DNA of 38,408 nucleotides. Origin: a virus. Taxonomy: Duplodnaviria; Caudoviricetes. The DNA lies in IMG/VR virus record IMGVR_UViG_3300030329_000322, positions 1-38,408 of that record; one strand, written 5' to 3'. Below are positions 1-11,100 of the stretch, in pieces. The first letter of the stretch is position 1; the number at the start of each line of letters is the position of its first letter. The notes under the pieces were generated by a model that saw nothing but the letters and a program-made list of their open reading frames with translations, was not told the DNA's origin and ran no database searches. The translations under genes and the position numbers were made by a program.

Positions 1-98
1 ACTGCTCCGATTGATGTGGCGTCTGCTCACAACCGAGTTGCGGTCCTTCGACATGCTGTGCCTCTGGCTCAGAGGTTGATCCTGTTCTCTGACACCAC
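1..98. repeat. Terminal overlap (98 bp identical to 38310-38407); assembly circularity signature
   Basis: Direct comparison of both ends; only base 38408 differs from base 99. Lies inside a gene, so it is not the physical terminal repeat. Confidence 0.95.
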
Positions 99-1311
99 CC
101 AGTTCATCCTTCAGGGTGGAGATACGCTGACACCTAAGACGGTCTCCATTGCTCACTCAACGAGCTACGACTGTCTCTTGGATTGTCCTCCGGTTTCCTC
201 TGGGTCATCCGTGATGTTCCCGTTCAATCGTGGGTCATTCTCAGGTGTTCGTGAGTATGTCCCGAAGGACTCTGTGGAAGACTTGTTTGATGGTCTCGAC
301 ATCTCCGCCCATGTGCCCAAGTACATTCCTGGCAAGATCACCAAGATTGCGGCGGCGACCCATGAAAGTGTACTGGCGTGTATGGCCGATGGCGATACAG
401 ATGCCTTGTACATCTACAACTACTACGTGACGGGCGATGAACGTCTCCAGAGTGCTTGGCATCGGTTTGAGTTTGGAACGGGATCTAAGATCCTTGGCAT
501 CGACTTCATTGACACCGACCTCTACATGGTGGTCCACAGATCCGAAGGTGTGTTCATCGAAAAGCTCGCCTTTGAGTTGGGTAAAAGTGACCCTGATTCT
601 TCTTACATGGCACGGCTGGATCGGCGGACTACTCTTGGGACCATCGACGTTACGGGTAAGATTATCACTCTTCCGTATCAGGTCACCGAGGGTCGAACCG
701 ACATTGAAGTGGTCACTAAAACTGGGGCAAGAGTTCCACTGTCTTCGCAACCATCTGTGGGGGATACTACGATTACCCTGAGAGACGCGATCCTAGACAT
801 CGAGAACTATGGAAACCTGACCGAGACCACATCAGGAACCTTTGACTTTGGTACGCTGGGTTCTGCCAGCTCTACAGATGATTACGGTCTGATCACAGAC
901 AACATCGACTCGGTTGGGTACTATCTCGGTGAATCCTACGAGATGACCTACCAGATGTCGGATGTCACCATGAAGGAACCTTCTCCGGGTGGTGGTCGAG
1001 CTGTGATTACAGACGGTCGTGCCCAGATCCGCTACGGAACCTTGGTGTACGCAGACAGCAGTTACTTCTCAGTGGATGTTACACAAGATCACAGAGACAC
1101 CAGTTCTCATGTCTTTGCTGGTCGAGTCCTTGGATCTGCTCTGACCCTTGGTGAAGTTCCTTTGGAAAGCGGAGAATTCCGATTCCCCGTATTTTCTAAA
1201 GCCGACCAAGTTACCATTACGATTAAGAACGATAGCCCTCTCCCCAGCAACCTGATGTCAGCGGAGTTTGAACTGAATTGGAGTCCAAGAGCGCAAAGAA
1301 TCGGTCTGTAG
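1..1311 (+). CDS. Tail tubular protein B (T7 gp12-like), C-terminal part; continues from 37110-38309 across the circular junction (~836 aa total)
   Basis: Frame is continuous across the terminal overlap (37110..38309 = 400 codons, then frame 1). Contains gp12-type 'QSAWHRFEF' and 'GEFRFPV'; follows tail tube A. Confidence 0.92.
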   Translation, partial: TAPIDVASAHNRVAVLRHAVPLAQRLILFSDTTQFILQGGDTLTPKTVSIAHSTSYDCLLDCPPVSSGSSVMFPFNRGSFSGVREYVPKDSVEDLFDGLDISAHVPKYIPGKITKIAAATHESVLACMADGDTDALYIYNYYVTGDERLQSAWHRFEFGTGSKILGIDFIDTDLYMVVHRSEGVFIEKLAFELGKSDPDSSYMARLDRRTTLGTIDVTGKIITLPYQVTEGRTDIEVVTKTGARVPLSSQPSVGDTTITLRDAILDIENYGNLTETTSGTFDFGTLGSASSTDDYGLITDNIDSVGYYLGESYEMTYQMSDVTMKEPSPGGGRAVITDGRAQIRYGTLVYADSSYFSVDVTQDHRDTSSHVFAGRVLGSALTLGEVPLESGEFRFPVFSKADQVTITIKNDSPLPSNLMSAEFELNWSPRAQRIGL

Positions 1312-1763
1312 ATATCTACGTCCGTATCGCGGAACTTGAGGATTGCTATTGGGTTGCTGAGAACATGAGGGAGGCTGACCGCAATGAGGTTGCCGCTCTC
1401 AGTGGACAAGAACCTCTAGACGCTTTGATTGCTGGTTTCCACTATTCGGATGTCCCCTTCACGGTGGTGTCTGATGGGGAACCTGCTGCGATCTTCGGTG
1501 CTGGTCCTGTGGAGCCGGATGTAGGTGCGATCTGGCTGCTTGGTACTGATGGGATTCTGAAGAACACCACTCGGTTCCTGAGAGAAAGCCACTTCTGGCT
1601 GGATCAATGTGCCCGTCCCTACGGGATGCTGTTCAATTATGTAGATGCCCGAAACAAGGTTCACATCAGGTGGATCAAATGGCTCGGGTTTACCCTGATC
1701 AATCTCCATGAGGAGTTCGGGGTGGAACAAAGACCTTTCTATGAATTCGTAAGGATTTGCTGA
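1278..1763 (+). CDS. Internal virion protein A / GNAT-fold protein (T7 gp13-like)
   Basis: 'MREADRNEV', 'IWLLGT', 'LFNYVDARNKVHIRWIKWLGF' are typical of gp13-like proteins; position after tail tube B. Start uncertain (TTG). Confidence 0.8.
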   Translation: MESKSAKNRSVDIYVRIAELEDCYWVAENMREADRNEVAALSGQEPLDALIAGFHYSDVPFTVVSDGEPAAIFGAGPVEPDVGAIWLLGTDGILKNTTRFLRESHFWLDQCARPYGMLFNYVDARNKVHIRWIKWLGFTLINLHEEFGVEQRPFYEFVRIC

Positions 1764-2362
1764 TGTGTGTATTTACTGCGGCTGCAATGGGAACCGCTGC
1801 CGCTGCGACTGCCGCAAACGTATCTCTGGGTATGTCGGCAGCCACCACAGCGTTTGGTTTCCTTGGACAGCAACAACAAGCGGACGCTCAGGATTCTTTT
1901 AATCGTCAGCGACAAGCTGTGGGCACTCAGCGGGCCTTGGCGAACTACGCTAATCAAACTCGGCAGGCCCGAGAAAGGCAACTCCAAGAGCGAGAAGCTG
2001 CTGCTAACGAGATCAATGAGGTCTACCGGGAAGCCAGGAAACGAGTGGCGACCGCTCAGGCCGCTGGTGCAGAGGCAGGGGTTGCTGGAGGTTCTCTCCA
2101 AGCACTGATCAATGACTTCCACAGACAACAGCTAGAGTTCGGAACCAACGTGAACCGAAACCTAGAGTTCCGCGAGAACAACATCGAGGATCAGCTTGAG
2201 TCTGTCCGTCTAGGGGCACAGGCCAATATTGAAAACCTCCAGTTCATGCCCGCCGAAAGGCCATCGTTCCTCGGAGCAGCTCTGCGGATCGGTAGTGGTG
2301 CGTTGGGAGCTTACGGAAAATTCAAGCAGAACTGGGGTCCAGATCCCGATGAAGAAGCATAG
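1763..2362 (+). CDS. Internal virion protein B (gp14-like)
   Basis: MC- start, Ala-rich hydrophobic N-terminus, Gln-rich helix, 'AEAGVAGGSL'; synteny. Confidence 0.8.
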   Translation: MCVFTAAAMGTAAAATAANVSLGMSAATTAFGFLGQQQQADAQDSFNRQRQAVGTQRALANYANQTRQARERQLQEREAAANEINEVYREARKRVATAQAAGAEAGVAGGSLQALINDFHRQQLEFGTNVNRNLEFRENNIEDQLESVRLGAQANIENLQFMPAERPSFLGAALRIGSGALGAYGKFKQNWGPDPDEEA

Positions 2363-2364
2363 AC

Positions 2365-4590
2365 ATGGCTAAACGACAACAAGTCGGGGACTTCAATCCC
2401 TATAAAGCATTACAGCCGTCCCAACAGGTAACTGATCAGTACATCACTCCCAGTTACTTCCAAGCTCCACAGAATGAAATGATCGACATTGCTCGATCTC
2501 TTTCGTCACTCAGCGAGTCTCTTAGTGGTGTCATGCAGAGCATGGTGCAAGCAGATACTGAGGAGCAGAGAGCAAAGGCGTTCACCGATACGGAGACGAT
2601 GAGCGAGGATCAACTCAGAGCAACTATTGCTGGTAATTGGCGAAAGGCCGGGCTTTCCGAGGGCGGGGATCCGATCACTATAATCGCCTTGAAAGAGAAT
2701 GCCGCTCGGAGACTCACTAGAGACGCCCTTCGATCATGGGAATCAGAGAATCTTTCTCGGCTATCCCAAGCAGGTGTTGATGAAGACCCCCGTGCTGCGA
2801 TGCAGCAAGCGTTTGAAGAACTTGGAATCTCTGGGTTCTATGCCACCAACGCTGCTACCGCCGAGTTCTCTAACAGATCAAATGCGTTCGTTGAGCGTGT
2901 CATGCAGGTTCGTAATGCGAATAACACCAAACAGAATACCGAGGACTATGTAGACAACATCTACAACCTCTTAACTAATCGGCCCAGAAACATTGATATT
3001 GACATGGCGGGTACTGGCATTGAAGTCAGTGTGCCGGTCACCCCGACCCGAATAAAAGAATGGGTGGGGAGTATCAAAGATGAAGTCGAGAAATACCACG
3101 CACTTACGGGAAAGTCCGGGCGAGAAGGGTTGTGGTCTGCTGCTGCAATGGCTGCAAGACGCATCGCAGAAGATGAAGGCGAGGTTGCGGCAATTAACTT
3201 CTTGAGTGAGGTGGGCGAGATTTCTATCGGCGGCCAGCGTATGGATTACTCGTTTGCGGCGGAAGAAGATGCACTTCTTGAAGAGGTCCAACGCATTGCA
3301 GAGGCATCTGAATCACAGGCTGCTGCTAGAGAAGAAAGAAAGTATCGGGAGAGGAACCGTTCAATCAAAGAGACTGCCGGTAAAATCATGGCAGGACGAT
3401 TTGCCGAAGACACAGATGACTTTGATGCAACGTCTCCAGAATCCATTCAAGAAATCCAGCTACAACTGATTGAAAATGGGATGGACCCATCAGAAGCTCA
3501 AGCCGCCTCTGTAGAAGTCGCCCGAGAAATCCGAAGCATTCAGAATGCAAGAGGCAATCAGGACGATCCAGAAGCAGTCGCTGCTGTTACAAACATGATT
3601 TCTGGCAACGCTTCGCTAGAAACCATCACAACAACGGTAGAAGCTTTGAGAGATTCTGGATCTCTTAGCCCTGTAACTGCTTCTAAATTTCTAGCGAATG
3701 CCCGTCGAGACCGTGACGTTGTTGTTCGTATGCGGACCGTGAGAAGTGAAGACACAAGTTACGGTTCTCGGAGACGCAGTGTCGAAGATGCTTTTGCAAA
3801 TTTACGTGATCCAAAACTTGAGGGAGACCTGTTGCAAGAATACGATGCCAGGTATGCAAAACTTGTTCGACGGATCGTAGAAGATCCTGATAACGCTGGT
3901 AAAGATGAAACTGCTCTTGCCGAACTTGTCTCTGATGAAGCCACAAAGTTGGCGAATGAATACTTTGATCTGGCAAATAAAATCGAAGAAGCTCCCAAAA
4001 CGATTGAGACAGGACCAGAAACACCCGAAGCTCAACGGAAGGCCGTTGAAGAAATTCGTCGCCAAGACATGGAGCAACGAGAGCGTCCTTCAGACCTTGA
4101 TCCTCGTACAAGGTCTTCTTGGGAGTGGGATTCTACATTTACTAATTATCAAGAAACCTACTTGAATTATCTTGAAAGCTCTGAAGACCCAACCGCAACA
4201 GAAGAGCAAGTAGCGAAAGCTAAGTCCACGACAAACAGACATCGGTTGCGCATGATGCGTCTTGCTAGAGAAGTGGCCGCAAGCGTTCCTGACCTAAGTT
4301 CAGATAAAAAAGTGAATGATTATTGGCGAGCAAAGGCGCTTGTCGGATTGTCTTTGCAAGAAATCACCAACAAAAAACTTGAAGGTGATGTCGAACTTAC
4401 TGAAAAACAAATAGACCCTAAGTTCGTTATTTTATTCAACGATGTCCAAAACATCCAAGAGTTCGAGTCGATGGTTGAAAACGATGACCCTCGACTTGTC
4501 GAGGTTTATGAAGCCTTGCCCCAAATGCAACAAGTTGGGTTTGGACCTTTTCTAAAAAAGCAAGCGTTCTTGATTAGGAGATATCGCTGA
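2365..4590 (+). CDS. Internal virion protein C (gp15-like ejection protein)
   Basis: 741-aa helical, acidic protein between gp14-like and gp16-like genes; assigned mainly by synteny. Confidence 0.65.
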   Translation: MAKRQQVGDFNPYKALQPSQQVTDQYITPSYFQAPQNEMIDIARSLSSLSESLSGVMQSMVQADTEEQRAKAFTDTETMSEDQLRATIAGNWRKAGLSEGGDPITIIALKENAARRLTRDALRSWESENLSRLSQAGVDEDPRAAMQQAFEELGISGFYATNAATAEFSNRSNAFVERVMQVRNANNTKQNTEDYVDNIYNLLTNRPRNIDIDMAGTGIEVSVPVTPTRIKEWVGSIKDEVEKYHALTGKSGREGLWSAAAMAARRIAEDEGEVAAINFLSEVGEISIGGQRMDYSFAAEEDALLEEVQRIAEASESQAAAREERKYRERNRSIKETAGKIMAGRFAEDTDDFDATSPESIQEIQLQLIENGMDPSEAQAASVEVAREIRSIQNARGNQDDPEAVAAVTNMISGNASLETITTTVEALRDSGSLSPVTASKFLANARRDRDVVVRMRTVRSEDTSYGSRRRSVEDAFANLRDPKLEGDLLQEYDARYAKLVRRIVEDPDNAGKDETALAELVSDEATKLANEYFDLANKIEEAPKTIETGPETPEAQRKAVEEIRRQDMEQRERPSDLDPRTRSSWEWDSTFTNYQETYLNYLESSEDPTATEEQVAKAKSTTNRHRLRMMRLAREVAASVPDLSSDKKVNDYWRAKALVGLSLQEITNKKLEGDVELTEKQIDPKFVILFNDVQNIQEFESMVENDDPRLVEVYEALPQMQQVGFGPFLKKQAFLIRRYR

Positions 4591-7500
4591 TGTCATCGTA
4601 TTTTGACAACCTTGACAAAGAAGCGATCTTTGCGGAACCGCCTGTCCAAGAACTGAAAACCAACGAAGAAGAAGAACTCGGATTCTGGGGAACGGTTGGT
4701 GACATGGGCATGGGTGTGGTCCGTGGTGTCTCAGGAGCTGTCGAGAACACCTTAGAGATCGGTCAGGTCTTTGGTCTGGACTATGACCTGTTCGATACCG
4801 AGGATGTCTTCGGTGAATCCGAGACAATGGCCGGGTCTGCTGTTGAGGGCATCACGCAGTTTGCTGCTGGTTTCATCCCCGGCATGTGGGGACTGGGACA
4901 TCTCGGAAAGATCGGGAAGGTTGCCCAGACTGCTGACAAGTTCTCTAAGACCACCCGGACCTATGCAAAGGTTGCTGGGGCCAGTGCTATTGCTGATGCC
5001 ACAGTATTTGATGCACATGAAGAACGCCTGTCCAACCTTATCCAGGAGTTCCCTGCACTTCAGAATCCTATCACGGAGTACCTCGCATCTGACGAGAATG
5101 ACTCAGAGATTGAGGGGCGACTGAAGAACGCCATTGAAGGTCTGGGGATTGGTTTTGCAATCGACGGTCTTCTGATTGGTCTCCGGGCCATGCGGAAGGG
5201 TGTAAAGCATTTACCGGATAAGGAAGCTGCATCCAAGGCTACTCAGGAAGAGGCTGAGAAGCTGACCCGTGAGGCTGATGAAGTTACTGCTGAACCCGAT
5301 GCTGTTGCCGCAAAGACGGATGCTGTCGAGGATGTAAAGCCGGTCGAAGATACCCCCAAAAAGATCGAAGACATCGAAGACGGCGAAGAGATGCTGGCCC
5401 GTATGTCAGAACTCTCCGAGGATGAACTCAAGGAAATCGCCAAGGACAAGTCCATTAACTGGAAAACCTTGTCTGAAGACCCAGACATCGTGAAGACTTT
5501 GCGGGCTATTGGGGCACGGAACATGGCCCTTCAAGAGAAGGCCACCGAGGTTGTCACCAACGAGCAGTTCATCAAAGACACCATTGAGAACACCGAGAAG
5601 CTCAAGGATGCGGGGATCATTGCTCCGGGTGACATCACCAAGGCCGAGCAGATTACCCAGATGGCTCAGAATGAGGCGGAAGGAATCCGACGAGCCTCGA
5701 TGTTCAGGCAGTTCATGGCGGAAGAGTTGAACCTTCTTGGCGGCGAAGTCGGGAAGATTGCTGATAAGGTTGTGGAAACTGGGGATATGAACGCTGCTGT
5801 GGAGTTTCTCTTTTCCCAGAAAGCCATCGAGCGTCTCCAGTTTGCATACAAGACTGTGAGTTCAGAGTTTGGTCGTGGTCTCCAGGCCCACAAGGTCACG
5901 CCCGGAAAGATGCCAGCGCAGTTAGATCGTGGAAGTTTGGAAGACATTCTTGCCGACCAAGCCTCTAGAGACAGTTGGATTGATTCTGCTGGTGGTATCG
6001 AGAAGATCCGAGCTGAGGCTAGGAAGTTCCAAATGACTGTTCTGCAAGGGAACATCCACAAAGGAATTGGTCTTGTTCACAAGAAGGCCACCTTGGGCGG
6101 CTCCATCATTGAATACTGGATGAACGCTATTCTCTCAGGCCCGACCACCATGATGGTCAACGCACTGTCTGGTGTCCTCACAACTAGCATCGCTCCTATT
6201 GAGAAGTCTCTTGGTGCGGCCTTCACTGGCAACCTGTCGATGGCTGGTCGGGAACTTAAGCGATACGTCTACATGGCTGAGTCCCTGCGAGATGCTCTCA
6301 ACGTCGCTTCAGTGTCTCTTAAGGACAACAAGGCTGTTCTGGATCCTCTGACTTCCAGCGTCCGTGAGGGGCAATATGGACCCTCTCAGATCACCAACAG
6401 AATGTTGGACACACGGCTGGCAAACAGCACGATGGGAGTCGAGGCTGCTCGTTGGGTCGGGAACACTGTGAACCTGCCCAGTCGGTTGTTGACGGGTACT
6501 GATGAGTTCTTCAAGCAACTCAATTACCGAAGTGCGATGAAAGCTGGGTTGGCAGAACAGGCCATCAAGAACGGTATCGAGGACTCTCGACAGATTTCTA
6601 AGTACGTCAACGACCAGTTCAACCGTCTCGTTGAGGACGGTCAGTATTTGGCTCGTAAGAAATTCTCTTCTGAAGCTAGAAAAAACCCAGCTATCAAAAG
6701 CATTGAAGATCCGCACGAGAAAGCCAAAGCCATTGGTGAGTATGTGGATGCTGAGATGAAGAAGTTCAGCCCGTTGGCAGATGCTGCTCGTCAGCACGCT
6801 CGGGAGGTCACGTTCACAGAGACCCTGACCAAGGACCGAGGACACTTCATCAACATTAGCCGCAACATATCCAACACGGTCAATGATAGCCCTGTCCTTC
6901 GATTGGTGTTCCCGTTTGTACGTACCCCTGCAAACATTATCCAGTATGTGATGGAACGAACCCCTGTGGTTTACCAAGTCCTCAACAAAAGACACCGTGA
7001 TGCCTTTATGGATTGGAAAAAGAAGGCTCACTCAGACAGCCCTGAGATCCGTCAGGAAGCAATCGGACGAATGATGATGGGAACCACTTTCCTGTCTACT
7101 GGATACCTGATGGCACTGAACGGTAACCTTACTGGCGGCGGTCCAACGGACAGAAACCAACAACAAATTCTTAGAGATGCGGGGTGGCAGCCCTATTCAA
7201 TTAAGGTGGGAGACAACTACGTTTCCTACCGGCGTTTGGACCCGTTCTCATCCTTCTTCGGTCTGATGGCAGATGTTGCTGATGCTTTCCAGAATGCTGA
7301 CGAGATGACCCGAGAAGAGGTCGAGGGGGCCGGTATGGCCCTGTTGATCTCAATGGCGAAGAACCTCACAGACAAGACGTATCTGACCGGCATGACCCGT
7401 GTGTCGAATGCCCTCTCTAATCCTGATCGGTTTGCCGAGAGTTGGTTCAACAGTACGGTCGCCTCGTTTGTCCCCAACATCCTTCAGCAATCCAACCGAT

Positions 7501-8105
7501 CTTTGGAAAGTGAGATCAAGGACATCCGTGGTGTCCTCGACGGGATTGCTCAGAAGATCCCAGGTTGGTCTGACTCTGTGGCCCCTCGTCGTAACATGCT
7601 TGGAGAACCTCTCAAGTACCAGCGAGCCGGTATCCCAGTCATCGACTCCATCAGCCCCTTTGATTACTCAAAGACTTCATCGGACGCTCTCAAGAAAGAG
7701 TTTTCGATGATCGGGCACGGGTTTCGACCTCCTCGCAACGTCAAGAACGGAGTGGACCTGACGCAGTTTGAGTCCCGCTCTGGTCAGTCAGCCTACGACC
7801 GATGGTTGGAACTGCATGGTTCTGTGAAGATTGGTGGGAAGACTCTGAAGGATTCCCTGTCCCGCCTAATCCGTTCGCGGTCTTACAAGAAACTTCCTTA
7901 TGAATCTGTAGAAGACCTAGACAAGTCCCCTCGTGTCAACGCAATCAACCGCGTTGTAGCCAAGTATAGAGCAAAGGCTTTCAGCCAGATGCTCTCCGAA
8001 TTCCCAGAAGTCCAGCGAAGAGACGAGATCGGATCATTGATCCGAAAGAACCGCCGATCCGGTCGAGATGTCTCCCAACTCCTTGCACTCATTGAGGACC
8101 AGTGA
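4590..8105 (+). CDS. Internal virion protein D (gp16-like ejection protein)
   Basis: 1171 aa with 'EYWMNAILSGPTT', 'DEFFKQLNYR', 'PFVRTPANI', 'GWQPYSIK..YVSYRRLDPF'; directly precedes the tail fiber gene. Confidence 0.8.
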   Translation: MSSYFDNLDKEAIFAEPPVQELKTNEEEELGFWGTVGDMGMGVVRGVSGAVENTLEIGQVFGLDYDLFDTEDVFGESETMAGSAVEGITQFAAGFIPGMWGLGHLGKIGKVAQTADKFSKTTRTYAKVAGASAIADATVFDAHEERLSNLIQEFPALQNPITEYLASDENDSEIEGRLKNAIEGLGIGFAIDGLLIGLRAMRKGVKHLPDKEAASKATQEEAEKLTREADEVTAEPDAVAAKTDAVEDVKPVEDTPKKIEDIEDGEEMLARMSELSEDELKEIAKDKSINWKTLSEDPDIVKTLRAIGARNMALQEKATEVVTNEQFIKDTIENTEKLKDAGIIAPGDITKAEQITQMAQNEAEGIRRASMFRQFMAEELNLLGGEVGKIADKVVETGDMNAAVEFLFSQKAIERLQFAYKTVSSEFGRGLQAHKVTPGKMPAQLDRGSLEDILADQASRDSWIDSAGGIEKIRAEARKFQMTVLQGNIHKGIGLVHKKATLGGSIIEYWMNAILSGPTTMMVNALSGVLTTSIAPIEKSLGAAFTGNLSMAGRELKRYVYMAESLRDALNVASVSLKDNKAVLDPLTSSVREGQYGPSQITNRMLDTRLANSTMGVEAARWVGNTVNLPSRLLTGTDEFFKQLNYRSAMKAGLAEQAIKNGIEDSRQISKYVNDQFNRLVEDGQYLARKKFSSEARKNPAIKSIEDPHEKAKAIGEYVDAEMKKFSPLADAARQHAREVTFTETLTKDRGHFINISRNISNTVNDSPVLRLVFPFVRTPANIIQYVMERTPVVYQVLNKRHRDAFMDWKKKAHSDSPEIRQEAIGRMMMGTTFLSTGYLMALNGNLTGGGPTDRNQQQILRDAGWQPYSIKVGDNYVSYRRLDPFSSFFGLMADVADAFQNADEMTREEVEGAGMALLISMAKNLTDKTYLTGMTRVSNALSNPDRFAESWFNSTVASFVPNILQQSNRSLESEIKDIRGVLDGIAQKIPGWSDSVAPRRNMLGEPLKYQRAGIPVIDSISPFDYSKTSSDALKKEFSMIGHGFRPPRNVKNGVDLTQFESRSGQSAYDRWLELHGSVKIGGKTLKDSLSRLIRSRSYKKLPYESVEDLDKSPRVNAINRVVAKYRAKAFSQMLSEFPEVQRRDEIGSLIRKNRRSGRDVSQLLALIEDQ

Positions 8106-11100
8106 TGCCTATTTACTCATACAACAGGTACGAAAGTACGGGGCAAAGTGAATTTGCCATCACATTCGACTATCTCTCCAAAGACCACATTGAGGTCTAC
8201 CTCGATGGAACCAAGCAGACTTCCGGGTACTCCATTGATATTGGCACAAACAAAGTCAACTTCACCTCTGCTCCGGGTTCCGGGACTATTGTGCTTATTC
8301 AGCGGAACACTCCGAAAACCAAGACGGACTACCAAGCCCAGATCGCGGACTTCCAAGATGGGTCTGTGCTGACCGAGAGTGACCTTGATAATGCGGTACT
8401 GGGTCTCCTGTACATCTCACAGGAAGCTGAGGATTCTGGGTCTACAGACGCTCTGGGGATTGACCAGACAGATGAGACATGGACCGCTGAAAGTAAGCGG
8501 ATCAAAAATGTTGCTACACCGACCGGAACTTATGATGCTGTGACCAAGGACTATGTGGATGGGTTGGCGTTGTACAACGCCCCAAGTATCCCCCAGATCT
8601 ACACGTTCACAACTACCGCATCCCAGACCGAGTTTGTTATGAGTCCTGCTCCGACCTCGACGGATGTGAATACATTCATGGTTGACCTTGACGGTGTGGT
8701 CCAGAAGCCCACAACAGACTTCACGATTTCTGGATCAACGATGACGCTCTCTTCGGGAACAACCGCAGATCAAGTCCTGACGGTTCGGAACTTCGGGGTG
8801 GCTCGGGACATCCTCACAGAAAGCCCGTCAATTACCGGAGATCTCAGTGTTGGAGATGACCTGACAGTAAGTGATGACGCTTCTGTTGGAGGGAATCTTA
8901 CAGTTACCGGAACGACAACAACCGTGGGTTTGAACGCCCTTGGTACTGTGAATTTCTACGGAGGTGCTACTGGAGACCTTGGGGCGGCAAAATCGAAAAG
9001 TACGGGATCTTCTTTATCTAGATCGCTGGCTTCCAGGTTTGCTGAGGTTGTAAACGTCAAAGACTTCGGGGCTACCGGAAACGGTACTACCGATGATTCA
9101 ACTGCTATTCAGGCGGCGATTAACTACGCCGAATCCATCTGGGACAACGGTGACTATGATTTTGGGGCAAATGAGTCAGAGCCAGCGGTCCTGTATTTCC
9201 CAGCAGGTGTCTACAACTGCAACAATACGCAGTTCACGATCAGTCCAATCGGAGCCTTGGCAGATAACCAAGGGGAAAAGTACCCAGCCCGTGCTGTGGT
9301 AATGGGAGATCACAGGAACACTTCAATTATTAAAAATGGTGGGTTCTTGTTGTGGTCTGGTGCCGGGGACTACCTTGGTCACAGTAACCGGGTCTACTAC
9401 GGGCTTGTCACTGCTGACACCGATAGCAGTAACTATGGGAGACAGGTTGCTGACTATGCTGAAATAAGTGACCTTGGATTCATTGGCCCGTGGGACACAT
9501 CCACTAACAACACTGAAGCTGGTACAGACAGGTACAACAACTCAACAACTGCATGGTTCACCAATGACCGGGTTCCGTTCATGACAGGGACCATCATTGA
9601 CACTAGCGAAGACATTACTGTGAAAGTTCCTTGGTCGGATGGTACAGGAGCTTCAACTAAAGTCCCTTCGACTGCTATTGAAATCGGTTTTGAGACTAGG
9701 TTCTGCCGGATTCGTAACGTCCACATTGCCGGATACAACTATGCGGTCCATGATTCTTCAGGATCAACCCATTGGGACGCGGCTACCAACTATATCGAAA
9801 ACATCGCTGCCGTCGATAATGAACGAGGAATTGTCATCCACTCTAGCGGGTGGGTAGTTCATAATTTCCACATAAGAATTGCCGCAAAAGAAGGGATTCT
9901 TATTGAGGCGATGCGAATAGGTTCTCGGATTGAGAACACTCAAATTCTTCTCGGAGAATGCTATAACTGCGGCTACGGCGGTCTTGTCATCCGTACATTA
10001 GAAAAAGACATGAACAAGGGTGGCAGGTATACCCCAGCAAACTACGCGGACGGCGTTATCCCATCTGAAACTACCGAGTATGGTGCGGGTTGGCTTGGTG
10101 ACTGGGGGGAAACTACGACAAACAAAAATTGGGACTATGGAGTCACGGTAGCCGGGCAGTGGACCGATCCGTGGGGAGTCAGTACCCGAAGTGACACACT
10201 AAATGGGATTGATAGGGCACCTCTGCGATATCGACTAGATCCAATAGTTCCCTACGTCTTTAATACAAGAGTTTCCCAGTGCGCCTTTGGCACTACGCAA
10301 GGAAAGAATCTAAAGCCTTGGAAAGTGAAGGCTCTGCGTAAATACAGCGGATCAACGATCCTATGGGATGGTGACGATGGCACAGGGTCAGGATCTGATA
10401 ATTGGTGCGAAATTGAATTTTGGTCCGACGAAAACGACCTTACAGACGCCACTAGAAAACTAGAGTTCAACAAGGGCGAGCGTTTAGGAACCCACTTCCC
10501 AAGAGGGATCGCTAATTCAATGGATTGTACCGCTGTTATTAAAGACAGTGCCGGTACAACCTTAAACAGTGACGGTGACACTGCCGCAAGTTACATAAAC
10601 AATGCGTCGGTCCTTGAGGCGACTGCTACACATAAAATTGTAATTAGCGCACGGTACTCTCTCGTAGCCCCAAACGGGTATGTAGAAGGGGCAACACTGC
10701 ACTCAGATAAAAGTAGTGAGATATCTCCAGTTATTGATGTGGTGTTTGGCAAAGGTAATCGTGAGGGAATGATCACAGACAACCGATTTAATCACACCTA
10801 CATGGGTGGGTGTGCTTTCTATCGGTTTACAAACAACCGCCTCAAAACAAGTTTCTGGATGGCAGATACCTGCGTGAGTCTCTCATTCGTTGGTTCCAGA
10901 ACCGGCATTACGAACACATCATATATCGGGTCTACTGACTGGTCCGCGTATCACACAGGGGACAACGTAGAGGTCTACGCAAACACCTCTGGCCTAAACC
11001 AGTGGGGTGATCGTCTCTTCAATGGACCCGGTGCATCCTCCGGTTGGGTATCTATGGAGATGGTATCAACCAACAACACTCCGGGAGCCACCATTGTTCC

